DNA of 64,000 nucleotides from an uncultured virus (IMG/VR IMGVR_UViG_3300046513_000233). Taxonomy: Duplodnaviria; Heunggongvirae; Uroviricota; Caudoviricetes. The notes beneath the pieces are model-generated. The model saw nothing but the letters and a program-made list of their open reading frames with translations. It was not told the DNA's origin and ran no database searches. Where the stretch lies: IMG/VR virus record IMGVR_UViG_3300046513_000233; one strand, written 5' to 3'. The position numbers were made by a program, and so were the translations under genes. This document shows positions 46,529-55,351 of this stretch, piece by piece; position 1 is the first letter of the stretch; the number at the start of each line of letters is the position of its first letter.

Positions 46529-47164
46529 TCATGACAGCACGTTCAGTTTCGCGCTATCGAACTGCGTAAACACCAACGCTAGCCAATGCCTGACGTAGCC
46601 ACGCAACACGGGGCTCTTGTCTCCACCGATGTAGGCAAGAAACGACTTGCTCTCTGCATCAACGTTTTCGCAAGCACGTGCATTCAGCATCGGGATATCA
46701 AGCGACCCAGCGGGGAAATCAAACTTCGTATCGTTGATACGATTTCCTACAGCGACATAGCGCGAACTCGCGATAGATGCTGTAATCGACTGAACCTCTG
46801 TAAGCGAATCCTGCGTGTTTCCGAGAACATGAAGAACAGTCAGGCTGCACTTTTCGGGATCAAGGAATCCGATATCCTTAAGCGTGTTGATTGTCGGCGT
46901 AAGCAACCCGGCGCGAAGATCGATCACGGTTACGGCGGAGCCGAGCGTATCGAAAACCTTCATCTGCCCATCAGAGTCGGTCAAGTCGACCAATTCTGTT
47001 TTGTCATCGTGGAAGCGCTTCAGCACACCAAGCGGCGTTTCCGTATCAAAAGCGCGGTGCTCGATTGTGTTGGTCTTGAGATAATCAAGCAACGCACGCG
47101 TGACCGTCGTTTTGCCGACGCCGCCCTTATTCGCTCCGACGATAATTACTTTCGGCTTGGTCAT
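46529..47164 (-). CDS. ParA/MinD-like P-loop NTPase
   Basis: GANKGGVGKTT deviant Walker A; AFDTE; VIDL.AG. Confidence 0.8.
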   Translation of the reverse strand: MTKPKVIIVGANKGGVGKTTVTRALLDYLKTNTIEHRAFDTETPLGVLKRFHDDKTELVDLTDSDGQMKVFDTLGSAVTVIDLRAGLLTPTINTLKDIGFLDPEKCSLTVLHVLGNTQDSLTEVQSITASIASSRYVAVGNRINDTKFDFPAGSLDIPMLNARACENVDAESKSFLAYIGGDKSPVLRGYVRHWLALVFTQFDSAKLNVLS

Positions 47165-47460
47165 GCCACATCTCCGTCAGTCTGCGGCGCTTCTGATGCA
47201 GCCTGCGCCTTGCGGAAGTTCGCGAAGTCAACAACATTGTCGACGACAAGCACGGGAGTAGCAGGGTTGTTCTCTGCGAGCCGTACGCGGTTCATCGGCA
47301 TCGCAAGCGACATGACGCCGCTGTTCATCTGCACGGCGCTAACGCCAAGCATCTTTTCCGAGCCGACGTAAACGCTAAGCTCGCCTTCCTGATTGCGAAC
47401 AACGGTCACATTGCTAAAAATAATCTGATCGGCCACAGGGGCCACAATCTCATTTGACAC
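47161..47460 (-). CDS. hypothetical protein
   Basis: AGGAG RBS, GTG start, NVVDF motif. Confidence 0.6.
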   Translation of the reverse strand: MSNEIVAPVADQIIFSNVTVVRNQEGELSVYVGSEKMLGVSAVQMNSGVMSLAMPMNRVRLAENNPATPVLVVDNVVDFANFRKAQAASEAPQTDGDVA

Positions 47461-47956
47461 TTCGTCTCCTCTACGAATTTGTACTAATGAAGTGCTTCGC
47501 CCAAAACCAAGCGAAGCAAGCGATTTCGAAATGGCTTAACACGGACACCCAAGCGGCATTGGCCGGCAGGCATCCTTCAGGCGTTGTAGAATTCGTTCAA
47601 GCAGAGTCATTGGCGGTCCTTTGTTTGGTGCACGATGGCGAAACAAATTTTTTGCCACCGGGGAGTAACACGAACCAACGCGGCAGTGCCGCACGCTCGT
47701 AACTCAACCCGGTGGCGTCACGGTGCGGAGGAGGCGCACGCGTGAATTGAATTTATGTGGCGGTAGGTCCGTCGACCTTTGGGGCTAGCGTGATCGTGCT
47801 TCCCTATCCCGTGCACGGGACCGCCGTAGACCGCGCATCAACGCGGGGTAATTAAGGACTGCGCTTCGTAGGCATTACTCTATCGCCAGTGTGTGCAGTC
47901 TTACGCATGATCGGGAAGCCGATCGTATCGCGCCCATACGGTACGCGAATTCTAAT

Positions 47957-48032
47957 TGGTGCCGCGTGATGGGATTGAACCACCGACCTAATCGTTACAA
48001 GTGATTTGCTGCTACCACTGAGCTAACGCGGC
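47957..48032 (-). tRNA. tRNA-Thr(TGT), CCA encoded
   Basis: GCCGCGT/ACGCGGC acceptor, loop CTTGTAA, T-loop TTCAATC, ACCA end. Confidence 0.85.
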
Positions 48033-48034
48033 CT

Positions 48035-48247
48035 TTACGCTGGATCAGACTTTTCGGACTTGAACTCACAGCCGGCCATGACAAAGAATTCTTTGCCGGT
48101 GCCGTTCAAAAATTCTGCCTTCTCTTTGATCTTCGCAATCTCGTCTACGCAAACCTGATAGCTTTCGACTTCGTTGCGCTTGACCTCCGGCTGTGTCATT
48201 CCCGGCGCTAAGAACACCAACACAATAAAAATCTTCAGCACTTCCAT
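48035..48247 (-). CDS. small exported hypothetical protein between tRNAs
   Basis: GAGG RBS, hydrophobic N-terminus, two Cys. Confidence 0.55.
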   Translation of the reverse strand: MEVLKIFIVLVFLAPGMTQPEVKRNEVESYQVCVDEIAKIKEKAEFLNGTGKEFFVMAGCEFKSEKSDPA

Positions 48248-48268
48248 TCCTCTCAATGAAAACGAATT

Positions 48269-48344
48269 TGGTCAAAGCGATAGGACTTGAACCTACGACC
48301 CCTGCGCCCCAAACGCAGTGCTCTACCAACTGAGCTACGCTAAG
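48269..48344 (-). tRNA. tRNA-Pro(TGG), CCA encoded
   Basis: CTGCG-TTTGGGG-CGCAG anticodon arm, GTTCAAGT, ACCA; two U.U mismatches in the acceptor stem. Confidence 0.8.
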
Positions 48345-48452
48345 AAACTTGAGCATGTTTTATTAGCGACACGATCTTGTGTCGCACCGGCCCTTTCGGA
48401 TTGGCGGCCATGCTCTACCGGCTAGTTAGACGTTCACACTAGCAACTCACGT

Positions 48453-48530
48453 TGGTTGCGGAGAATGGGATTTGAACCCATGACCTACAGGTTATGAGCC
48501 TGTCGCGCTACCGGGCTGCGCCATCCCGCT
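48453..48530 (-). tRNA. tRNA-Met(CAT), initiator-like, CCA encoded
   Basis: ACAGG-CTCATAA-CCTGT; D-loop AGCCCGGTA; 1:72 mismatch; 1-nt bulge in the acceptor stem. Confidence 0.85.
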
Positions 48531-48538
48531 GAATTCGT

Positions 48539-48643
48539 GAGAGTGTCCTACCGCTAGACGAACGCCGCACGTTGCAAATACGACTTGGCGCGAGCAACGT
48601 ATTCACGGCGTAAAGGAATCGAACCTCTGTCTCTCTCTGCTCT
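48539..48643 (-). ncRNA. circularly permuted tRNA-like RNA, copy A
   Basis: AGAGCA-GAGAG-AGAC-[AGAGG TTCGATT CCTTT]-ACGCCGT-hairpin linker-GCGGCGT-TC-[GTCT AGCGGTA GGAC]-A-CTCTC. Confidence 0.75.
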
Positions 48644-48787
48644 TTGTCGAGTAGGCGTGTAATGACGCCTCGTTCTTTCTCACAGTGCATACCGGTGCTG
48701 GCTCAAGGCCAGCAAATCGCGTTAATCAGACGCGACACTAGCGGGTGATTAGCCCACACCGGACCCTATGACTCTCGACTGTTTAGT

Positions 48788-48861
48788 GATGGTGTCTTTC
48801 CAAAAGACGAACGACGCAATTCACGCCGTAGAGGATTCGAACCCCTGTTTCCATCTGCTCT
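48788..48861 (-). ncRNA. circularly permuted tRNA-like RNA, copy B
   Basis: AGAGCA-GATGG-AAAC-[AGGGG TTCGAAT CCTCT]-ACGGCGT-GAATT-GCGTCGT-TC-[GTCTT TTGGA AAGAC]-A-CCATC. Confidence 0.75.
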
Positions 48862-49333
48862 GCTAGCGCTCGATTTGCGCTAGACTGAATTAAACACCAC
48901 CAACCCAGATTGCGGAATACCGCCGTTTTTTGATGCCGTGCTTAAACTACGAACCGAAGCTCGCTGGGTAGGGAACGAATTGGACTAGCTGCCATTGCAC
49001 CGCTTCTGCTCTGCGCATAATACGTGGCTAGTGAATTCAATGCCGGACACTCCACCGCAGAGCGTCCGGCTACATTACGCGTACAGCCCTATAATCGCGG
49101 CGGCTGGTAGCTGTGTTAGTGGAGCTTGGCCTTATCGGCCGCCCTCGTATTTTGTTTTATGAATGTGTCAGACGCTTTGACGACTTCCCCGATGTCAAAC
49201 CGGGTGTCTTCGATGTCGCTTCCGTATGGCCTTGCAAAACGCGGTCTAGCGATTGCAGCCGCTAAAACCGCGTCCACTTCCATTTTCCTCTGGGGTTCTC
49301 CCCCGCGAGGGGGAATTATCACCGTGCAATAGT

Positions 49334-49352
49334 TGTAGCTCGAAAAGGTACA
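49334..49352. promoter_or_regulatory. type-2 operator box upstream of the RNA array and late region
   Basis: TGTAGC-tcgaaaa-GGTACA. Confidence 0.5.
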
Positions 49353-49377
49353 AAAAGCAATAGTGTTCACGCTTTCG

Positions 49378-49953
49378 CTACACCACGTACCCGTAATGCC
49401 GGGCCAAGAGGTACAAACCGGCCGTAAAGCGCTCGATTGCCACAGCCCGGGCCGTATGGGGGCTAGCAGCCCCGCTGGCGGTTCTGCCGATCGCGACTAG
49501 ATCGCCGCAGCCCTCCAGAATGACCGCCTCCAGCGGCCTCCTGTACTTGCTGCCGAGCACAGCCCGGGCCGCTCGATAGTTTGCCCGGCTCTGTGCAGCC
49601 ATCCTGCTAGGTGGCATGGAACTACCCGCACCGCCCTGCCCGCCCTGAACCTTGCCGTAATCGATCGCCTGCAAGCCACCCATGCCGGCGCCGTACCAAT
49701 CAGCGTAATACTTCTCGCCGGCCAACTGGCACGCCTCGTTGATCTTGGCATCCGGGTAAAGCTGCCCCTTGCTGCCCATGCGGGTTAGCAGCTCGTCTTG
49801 GAACTGGCGGGTTTCGCCAACCATGACAGACTCACCCTTGGCCAGCCGATCCGGTGTAGCCGCATCATTGTCGACCACAAGCCGAAGATTGTGAGGCTGG
49901 GGGCGTGTAACGATGTTGTAGCCATTGGCGTTCTTCTTCTCGGTGATGGTCAA
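49378..49953 (-). CDS. putative late regulator (DUF6456-like)
   Basis: AGE.Y..D.......A.DY..V.GG; L..LARHYG C-terminus; precedes the late region. Confidence 0.55.
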   Translation of the reverse strand: MTITEKKNANGYNIVTRPQPHNLRLVVDNDAATPDRLAKGESVMVGETRQFQDELLTRMGSKGQLYPDAKINEACQLAGEKYYADWYGAGMGGLQAIDYGKVQGGQGGAGSSMPPSRMAAQSRANYRAARAVLGSKYRRPLEAVILEGCGDLVAIGRTASGAASPHTARAVAIERFTAGLYLLARHYGYVV

Positions 49954-50161
49954 TTCAATTTCCCCCCGGGTGATGCGTCATCGATCGGCCTAGCGTTGTG
50001 TCTCGCGATCACTGCCGGCCATTCGCTAGGCGGAAGGCGGCGCTTGTTCTCACCGTCAATGCTTTCCGCGAATGCGTTTCCATAAAGCAGGATGTCGGTG
50101 TATGCCGCCATCATGTCAGGCGCCGACAGCCCTGTTAGAAATTCGCTGATACTGTGTTTGG

Positions 50162-50605
50162 TCAATGCAACGTGCCCCTAATCATTCCTGTTAAAATCTT
50201 GCGGCACTTGCTAGCCGCTTCTACTTCGGTCGACGCTTGCACCACATGAATCTTGAAGCCCAACGCTTCTAGTTTCCCATGCCGCTTGATTTGGTCGTCG
50301 CTCAACTCGCCTTTCTCGTTCTTCATTTCGATCATGCCGAGCTTCGCACCGGGGAGGTAAATCCTGATATCGGCCTCACCCGCCTTCAACCCTGTCAGCT
50401 TCGCCCGGGCTCCGTTGCGCTTGCCTGCATTCATGTCCCCAGCAAATTCGAAGTCCCAGCCCATGTCTTGGCACTTGTGAAAATCAGACACGACAGCCGC
50501 TTGTAATTTCCACTCCGGCTTGGGTTTTGGTTTGCGGGGCTTCTTGGTGCGGAAGAGGTTTCTGGGTTTCTGTTTGGATTCGCTGGGTCTACTCTCACCC
50601 CCCAT
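50162..50605 (-). CDS. VRR-NUC nuclease
   Basis: E..LQ, GL.AG.ADI, IEMK...G.LS..Q...H..L...G. Confidence 0.85.
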   Translation of the reverse strand: MGGESRPSESKQKPRNLFRTKKPRKPKPKPEWKLQAAVVSDFHKCQDMGWDFEFAGDMNAGKRNGARAKLTGLKAGEADIRIYLPGAKLGMIEMKNEKGELSDDQIKRHGKLEALGFKIHVVQASTEVEAASKCRKILTGMIRGTLH

Positions 50606-50609
50606 GGGG

Positions 50610-50792
50610 CTACCTCATTTCTAGGGGTTTATTAGTATCCCCCCTTATATTTACAATAAACTATCTAAGACTATTGAAATGATTGAAGAAAAGCTTTGCA
50701 GTAAAAACCCCAAATAACCGGTTCTTTGCAAACAAAAAACCTACCCCAATCGTGCGCGTCTTTTGCAATCAACCGGTTTCTGCAAAAACCCT
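50610..50792. other. putative replication origin
   Basis: AT-rich stretch plus repeated T(T/C)TGCA..AAAAACC and AACCGGTT at the 3' end of the primase gene. Confidence 0.4.
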
Positions 50793-53165
50793 CGCAACAT
50801 ACCTAGTGCTGGGTCGACCGCCCTTTGCGGTAGAGCTTGTCATCTTGGAGTCTATCAAATCTGTACTCACGAGATATTCGATAGCGCCCTTGAAGTCTTG
50901 AGGCTTGGCGGCTGCGATGCCCCGCTTTCGTCGCAGAACAGAGAACGAAATTCCATCGCACCCAGCGGACTCGATGGCGCTCAAGATGGTCTTGTGCAGC
51001 GTCTCGAATTCCGACCCGCTCATATGCTTGCGTACACCGTCATCGATCATGTCGATAGACCGCTGAACGATCGCGTAGCCATATTCAACGTCTTCTAATT
51101 CAACAACGGGATTGCCCGGGTCGCGAGAGATAGCTCGAATGGTGGCAATCTTTAGAGTTTGCTCCGCGGTACGACCAACGATACCTTCGTACTCCGGCCT
51201 TTCAAACATATAGTCGATTTGCCATTGCTCATATTGCTTCCAACGATCTTCCGCGTCTTCGCCCCAAACGCATAGGTGCATGGATGGCTTTTGCTTCGCG
51301 TCACGCGACGCCGTGATAGCTAGATTGCCCTTGACCGGTGCTGCGGTGTACGCCTTCTTCAATTGCTCCACGAGCAACGTGGGCGTCTTAAGCAGGCTCT
51401 TTCCGTTCTGTCGTTTTGGCTGTGTTGTCGCACCTATGATCGTAAGGCGGGCCATGAAGCCGTCGCCAAAGTTGGCTTCAGTAATGCCTGCGTAGAACTC
51501 TGTTGGCGTTGACATTCCAAGCATTGACACGGTTGGAAACCACACGGGGTCACCGCTGGAGTCCTGCTTGTCGTCTGCTTTTTCTTTACCGGTCCACACG
51601 GCCGTGCTCTTGGAATAAAGCTCCAACAACGATTTTCGAATTGAACGCGCCCAACTTGCTGCATTTTTCCCCGACATAGATTGGAAGAGAACGCCGACTT
51701 CATCGAACGGCATAACGAAGCACGGTCGACGACGGACAACCTTTTCAATTGCGCTATCGCTGGTTACGTCGTTCGGCCCAATCAGGTGAGACATTCCGGC
51801 GCTGTGCCCCAACATTTCTATTGCGCGTCTCGGGTGATCTTTGCCAAATCCCGGTCCCGCTATCCCGATCATATAGATATTCAGACCTAATTCCGTGGGT
51901 GTTACATATCTGCGACCGAAGAATGCCGAAAGAAAAGTGATTGACGCGATGGTTGCGAATTCCGGCACTGGTGCGCGGGAGGTTTCTAGAATCCATTGTG
52001 AGATTTCCTCTAACAGCCCACCTTGGTTCGGAAGATAGAACGGGTCTACCTTGCCGCGTGGTGCACCGATCTTGCTTACGACAGCTTCTATCGACTCAAT
52101 AAATGGCGCGGGCTCCGGAGCTACTAGCGGCGTTGCAATTTCCTCTTTTTTTGCCATCGCTCGCGCAACGAATCCGGCAACGTCGAAATTGTCTTCTTTC
52201 TCTTCGATGCCAAGTTTTTCGACCAACCACGCCGTTGCGGCGTACAAGTCGCAAGAGTTGCTAGTCATAACCAAGCTAATCGGCGTGTAGTTCTCGCTCG
52301 TTCCCCAATCTGTAATTCCCTTTGGATTAAAAGAAAGAGCTTCACCTTTTGCGTTCGAATTTATTTCAGGGCGCCAGTGCGCAACGGCACGATATCCATT
52401 ACCGGCCTTAGCGAGTCCAGTTAGACCGAGCGCCGGAACCCATGCGGAAAGATTCCGAAGCGCCGTGTCGTTGATCTTGCGCCAATACGTTTCGCCCTCA
52501 CCAGCCATCAAGGCGTGGTGCTCTTCGGTCGGCTCGTATCCCCAAGGCTTCAGGACTTCGGCCAGAAGCTCAGCAATATTATCCGGCAATAACGGCAAGG
52601 ATTTCTGGTCTACGCCCTCTAGCGTCTCCGTTCCTAGCCAATGATACGGCTGACCAGTATCGGGGTGAATAGTTGGAGGAAGAACAGTTTGGCGACCATA
52701 GGCGAGCAAGTCAACGACACGAATCTGCTTACCAAAGTTGAATCGATCTGGGATGCTGAACGGCTCGCTTACAATCGCAGGGCTACCGCGATAGAACGCG
52801 CTGAAGCCTTTCTGGCCTCGTTTCTTAACATCACTGTCCGGGATAACTGACAGAACTGCGGCCATCATATCCGGATCGTCAGTGTCGATATCGATAACCT
52901 TGATGGTCTGATTCAGCGGCAGGCACACGCCTGCATCCGGCCAGTTTCGCCAAAGCTCTGTTTCAATTTCGGTCGGAAGACGATCGCACCAACGCTGCCA
53001 CTCGCTAGTACACCACCAATCTTTCATGCTGTAGCTGCCCGGAACCTTACGGCCCGGGAATACTGGAATGACGCTATAACCGTTGTCGATTAGGCGGTGG
53101 GCTGTACGATTGTATGGTGAGTCAATTACCGATGCCACTGAACAATGTTCCCCGCTGCATTCCAA
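50769..53165 (-). CDS. bifunctional primase-polymerase with DUF3987-like helicase domain
   Basis: GYSVIPV..G.K.P, VIDIDTDD, G.Q.VLPP.IHPDTG.PY.W; G.GK, FDEVG, DGF.AR. Confidence 0.85.
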   Translation of the reverse strand: MECSGEHCSVASVIDSPYNRTAHRLIDNGYSVIPVFPGRKVPGSYSMKDWWCTSEWQRWCDRLPTEIETELWRNWPDAGVCLPLNQTIKVIDIDTDDPDMMAAVLSVIPDSDVKKRGQKGFSAFYRGSPAIVSEPFSIPDRFNFGKQIRVVDLLAYGRQTVLPPTIHPDTGQPYHWLGTETLEGVDQKSLPLLPDNIAELLAEVLKPWGYEPTEEHHALMAGEGETYWRKINDTALRNLSAWVPALGLTGLAKAGNGYRAVAHWRPEINSNAKGEALSFNPKGITDWGTSENYTPISLVMTSNSCDLYAATAWLVEKLGIEEKEDNFDVAGFVARAMAKKEEIATPLVAPEPAPFIESIEAVVSKIGAPRGKVDPFYLPNQGGLLEEISQWILETSRAPVPEFATIASITFLSAFFGRRYVTPTELGLNIYMIGIAGPGFGKDHPRRAIEMLGHSAGMSHLIGPNDVTSDSAIEKVVRRRPCFVMPFDEVGVLFQSMSGKNAASWARSIRKSLLELYSKSTAVWTGKEKADDKQDSSGDPVWFPTVSMLGMSTPTEFYAGITEANFGDGFMARLTIIGATTQPKRQNGKSLLKTPTLLVEQLKKAYTAAPVKGNLAITASRDAKQKPSMHLCVWGEDAEDRWKQYEQWQIDYMFERPEYEGIVGRTAEQTLKIATIRAISRDPGNPVVELEDVEYGYAIVQRSIDMIDDGVRKHMSGSEFETLHKTILSAIESAGCDGISFSVLRRKRGIAAAKPQDFKGAIEYLVSTDLIDSKMTSSTAKGGRPSTRYVARVFAETG

Positions 53166-53524
53166 TGAGATTCAGAATCGTCAAAAGTAAATTCGTCCCA
53201 CCAACCACGCCAGTTTATCCAGCATTGATCTGGTGTGAGTCCACACAGCAATATTCCAGCGGTGCCATTCCCAACAAAATACTTGAACATTTTGTCTGCG
53301 GTCGAATGATCAAATGACGTAATAGGTTTGACCTCAACGAATTCCGGATGAATACCCCAATGAATAAGGAAGTCCGGAGACCATCCGCCGAAGTCAATCG
53401 GCTCATACACCCACTTGTATTCGTAAGAATCAAAGAAACACGCCCACCTCGCTTCAAGACGTGAACGGAAATTGACTCCGCGGTACGTTGTAGGCTTAGC
53501 TCTGATGTCGTACTTTACAGTCAC
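53126..53524 (-). CDS. PD-(D/E)XK nuclease-like protein
   Basis: T.Y.GV.FRSRLEARWA.FFD....W.YEP......PDF.....VEVKP. Confidence 0.8.
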   Translation of the reverse strand: MTVKYDIRAKPTTYRGVNFRSRLEARWACFFDSYEYKWVYEPIDFGGWSPDFLIHWGIHPEFVEVKPITSFDHSTADKMFKYFVGNGTAGILLCGLTPDQCWINWRGWWDEFTFDDSESHWNAAGNIVQWHR

Positions 53525-53764
53525 TCTACTTTCCTTGTGACCTTGTCGTTATTTGCTGACTCGTTATCTAACGGCGGCGTATCAAGTAAGATACGCAACT
53601 CCTCCATTTCCCTACGAACGTGCATGACCTGATGTAGACAAAAGTCATAAACATCCGGCATATTCTTTAGATATCGGTCTACCTCAAAAATCGCATCGTG
53701 CATTACATCTGATATCATAGAAACACCTCCCTTATTTCCGTAGCTGTCACTATTAGAATCGTGG

Positions 53765-54199
53765 TCACAGACACGCCTTAAGCTCCAAATAGAATTCGTG
53801 ATACCGCACCATGCGAGCAACGTCCTTTTCAGTAACGCCCTTCAGGCGCTTGATGTCGCTGTTATGCCGAAGGTCTGACATCTTCACGCGGATAGCGTCG
53901 GGGTTGGTCTTGACCCATTCTCGGTATGTTGCTTCCGACATACCTTCCCATTTGGTAAGGTCGCGGATTCCATTTCCGATACGATCACCAAACAGATTTC
54001 GAATCTCGCTTTCCGTCGTGCTCGTATCCTCCAACAGATCATGCCCGACCGCGATGCATTGCAACTCTTCATCGTCGGTGTGAAGCTTGTGCATCACGGC
54101 CAGCGGATGAAGAATGTACGGCCTCCCGCCCTTGTCGAATTGGCCCGCGTGTCGCTCTGTCGCGAGCGAAATCATTTTCGACAACATCTCGCCGTTCAT
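53765..54199 (-). CDS. HD-domain (p)ppGpp hydrolase-like protein (SpoT-HD/Mesh1-like)
   Basis: A...H.GQ.DK.G.PYI.HP..V, HDLLEDT, VK..D..HN. Confidence 0.85.
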   Translation of the reverse strand: MNGEMLSKMISLATERHAGQFDKGGRPYILHPLAVMHKLHTDDEELQCIAVGHDLLEDTSTTESEIRNLFGDRIGNGIRDLTKWEGMSEATYREWVKTNPDAIRVKMSDLRHNSDIKRLKGVTEKDVARMVRYHEFYLELKACL

Positions 54200-54249
54200 T
54201 TTCCATCCCCCAAAAGCAGAAATCGCCAGCATGCGAATGCATGCCAGCG

Positions 54250-54540
54250 CTATGACTGTGCTCTGTAATCGTCAATTACTTCCTGCACCAACTGATTCAG
54301 AATCTGACTCTCCGCATTCTCCGCGACAATGCGTTCAATTTCATCAATCACTTCGTTTGCCGTCTTCGCTGGCGGGTCTATGTCCGCTTTCTTCGCCTGC
54401 TCCCAACCTTCAAGCCAATCCGCCCGGTGGAATTGCGCAATCCAACTCGCACCGATCTTGTACGGGCAGCGCTCTTCAGCATCGCCGCCGCGGTAGTACG
54501 CGTTGCGGCCTTCGCGGCGGTAGCGTGAGGGGCTGGCCAT
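54250..54540 (-). CDS. Rmf/CrpP-like protein
   Basis: REGRNAY..G.....CPY.......WLEGW. Confidence 0.55.
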   Translation of the reverse strand: MASPSRYRREGRNAYYRGGDAEERCPYKIGASWIAQFHRADWLEGWEQAKKADIDPPAKTANEVIDEIERIVAENAESQILNQLVQEVIDDYRAQS

Positions 54541-54715
54541 TAGCGATTGACCATTTCGTCAGGATCGAATCCGAACCTTAGGCACAATTCACGTGAGTAA
54601 GACGAGCCCAATACGAACACATCCATAACGGCGACCCAGCGATAATGCTTTCTGCCATGGTTCTTACTTCTGCAATTCGTTATGGCACGCCGCAGCAGAT
54701 CGTCATCAGTTATGT

Positions 54716-55069
54716 TCACTTCGCCATCTCCTCAAAAGCTGTTTTCATCGCGTCTTCGTATCCGCCCATGAACTTCGCGAAGAACCCAACGAACTGAAAC
54801 TGATTCAGTTCAGCTAGGTCCGTCTGCCCGATGCTATCGAGGTACGCACCGGCTGCTTCGCCGCCCTTCTGCATCGCGTGTGTTTCGTAGATGTCGAATT
54901 GTTTTTTGGTCAACGATGCGGCCTCTTGCATGAACTGTGCGCAGTGATCGCAAAACCACTTGATTGGAAACGTTGGAGATGCCCTGTAACCGATGTTGTA
55001 GTGTCTGCGTTTGCAGACTCGGCAGGCGCCTACAGGGCCGATGTCAGCGGCGCGTTGAGATAGTCCCAT
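54716..55069 (-). CDS. DUF6511-like Zn-ribbon protein
   Basis: C.VC.R...C..C; E..A...GG..AGAYL.SIG.TDLA.L. Confidence 0.65.
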   Translation of the reverse strand: MGLSQRAADIGPVGACRVCKRRHYNIGYRASPTFPIKWFCDHCAQFMQEAASLTKKQFDIYETHAMQKGGEAAGAYLDSIGQTDLAELNQFQFVGFFAKFMGGYEDAMKTAFEEMAK

Positions 55070-55351
55070 TTATTGGTTGTCCAATTCCACGCCGTGTACC
55101 CATCTCGGTACGGTACTTGTCTGAATTTGCCACGCTTGAAATACACAGCGTTCGTCTGCAACGTCGGGCAGCTTCTCGCGTGCTTGCCTTCCTCGTGGCC
55201 GCAGCTAGCACAGTCGGTGGCTTTATCTCCCCACATCAGACTAGGACCACGAGAACGATAAGTAGAAGCGGGATGCCGTAGGGCGTAAGGCCAAGCGCCA
55301 GTGCGCCAAGGTTGGCTAGCACGTCACCAAAGGTGCGGTTGGGAATGAGCA

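Noticed and set aside
9183..47164. ParA-ParB plasmid-prophage partition system
   Set aside because: The two genes are 37 kb apart in different regulons, and the phage has an integrase and an attP-like site. No parS array was identified unless ParB binds one of the palindromes, which is untested.
48539..48861. Two-piece (permuted) alphaproteobacterial tmRNA
   Set aside because: The permutation order is similar, but these elements have a paired D arm, no CCA, no G3.U70 alanine determinant and no room for a tag reading frame.
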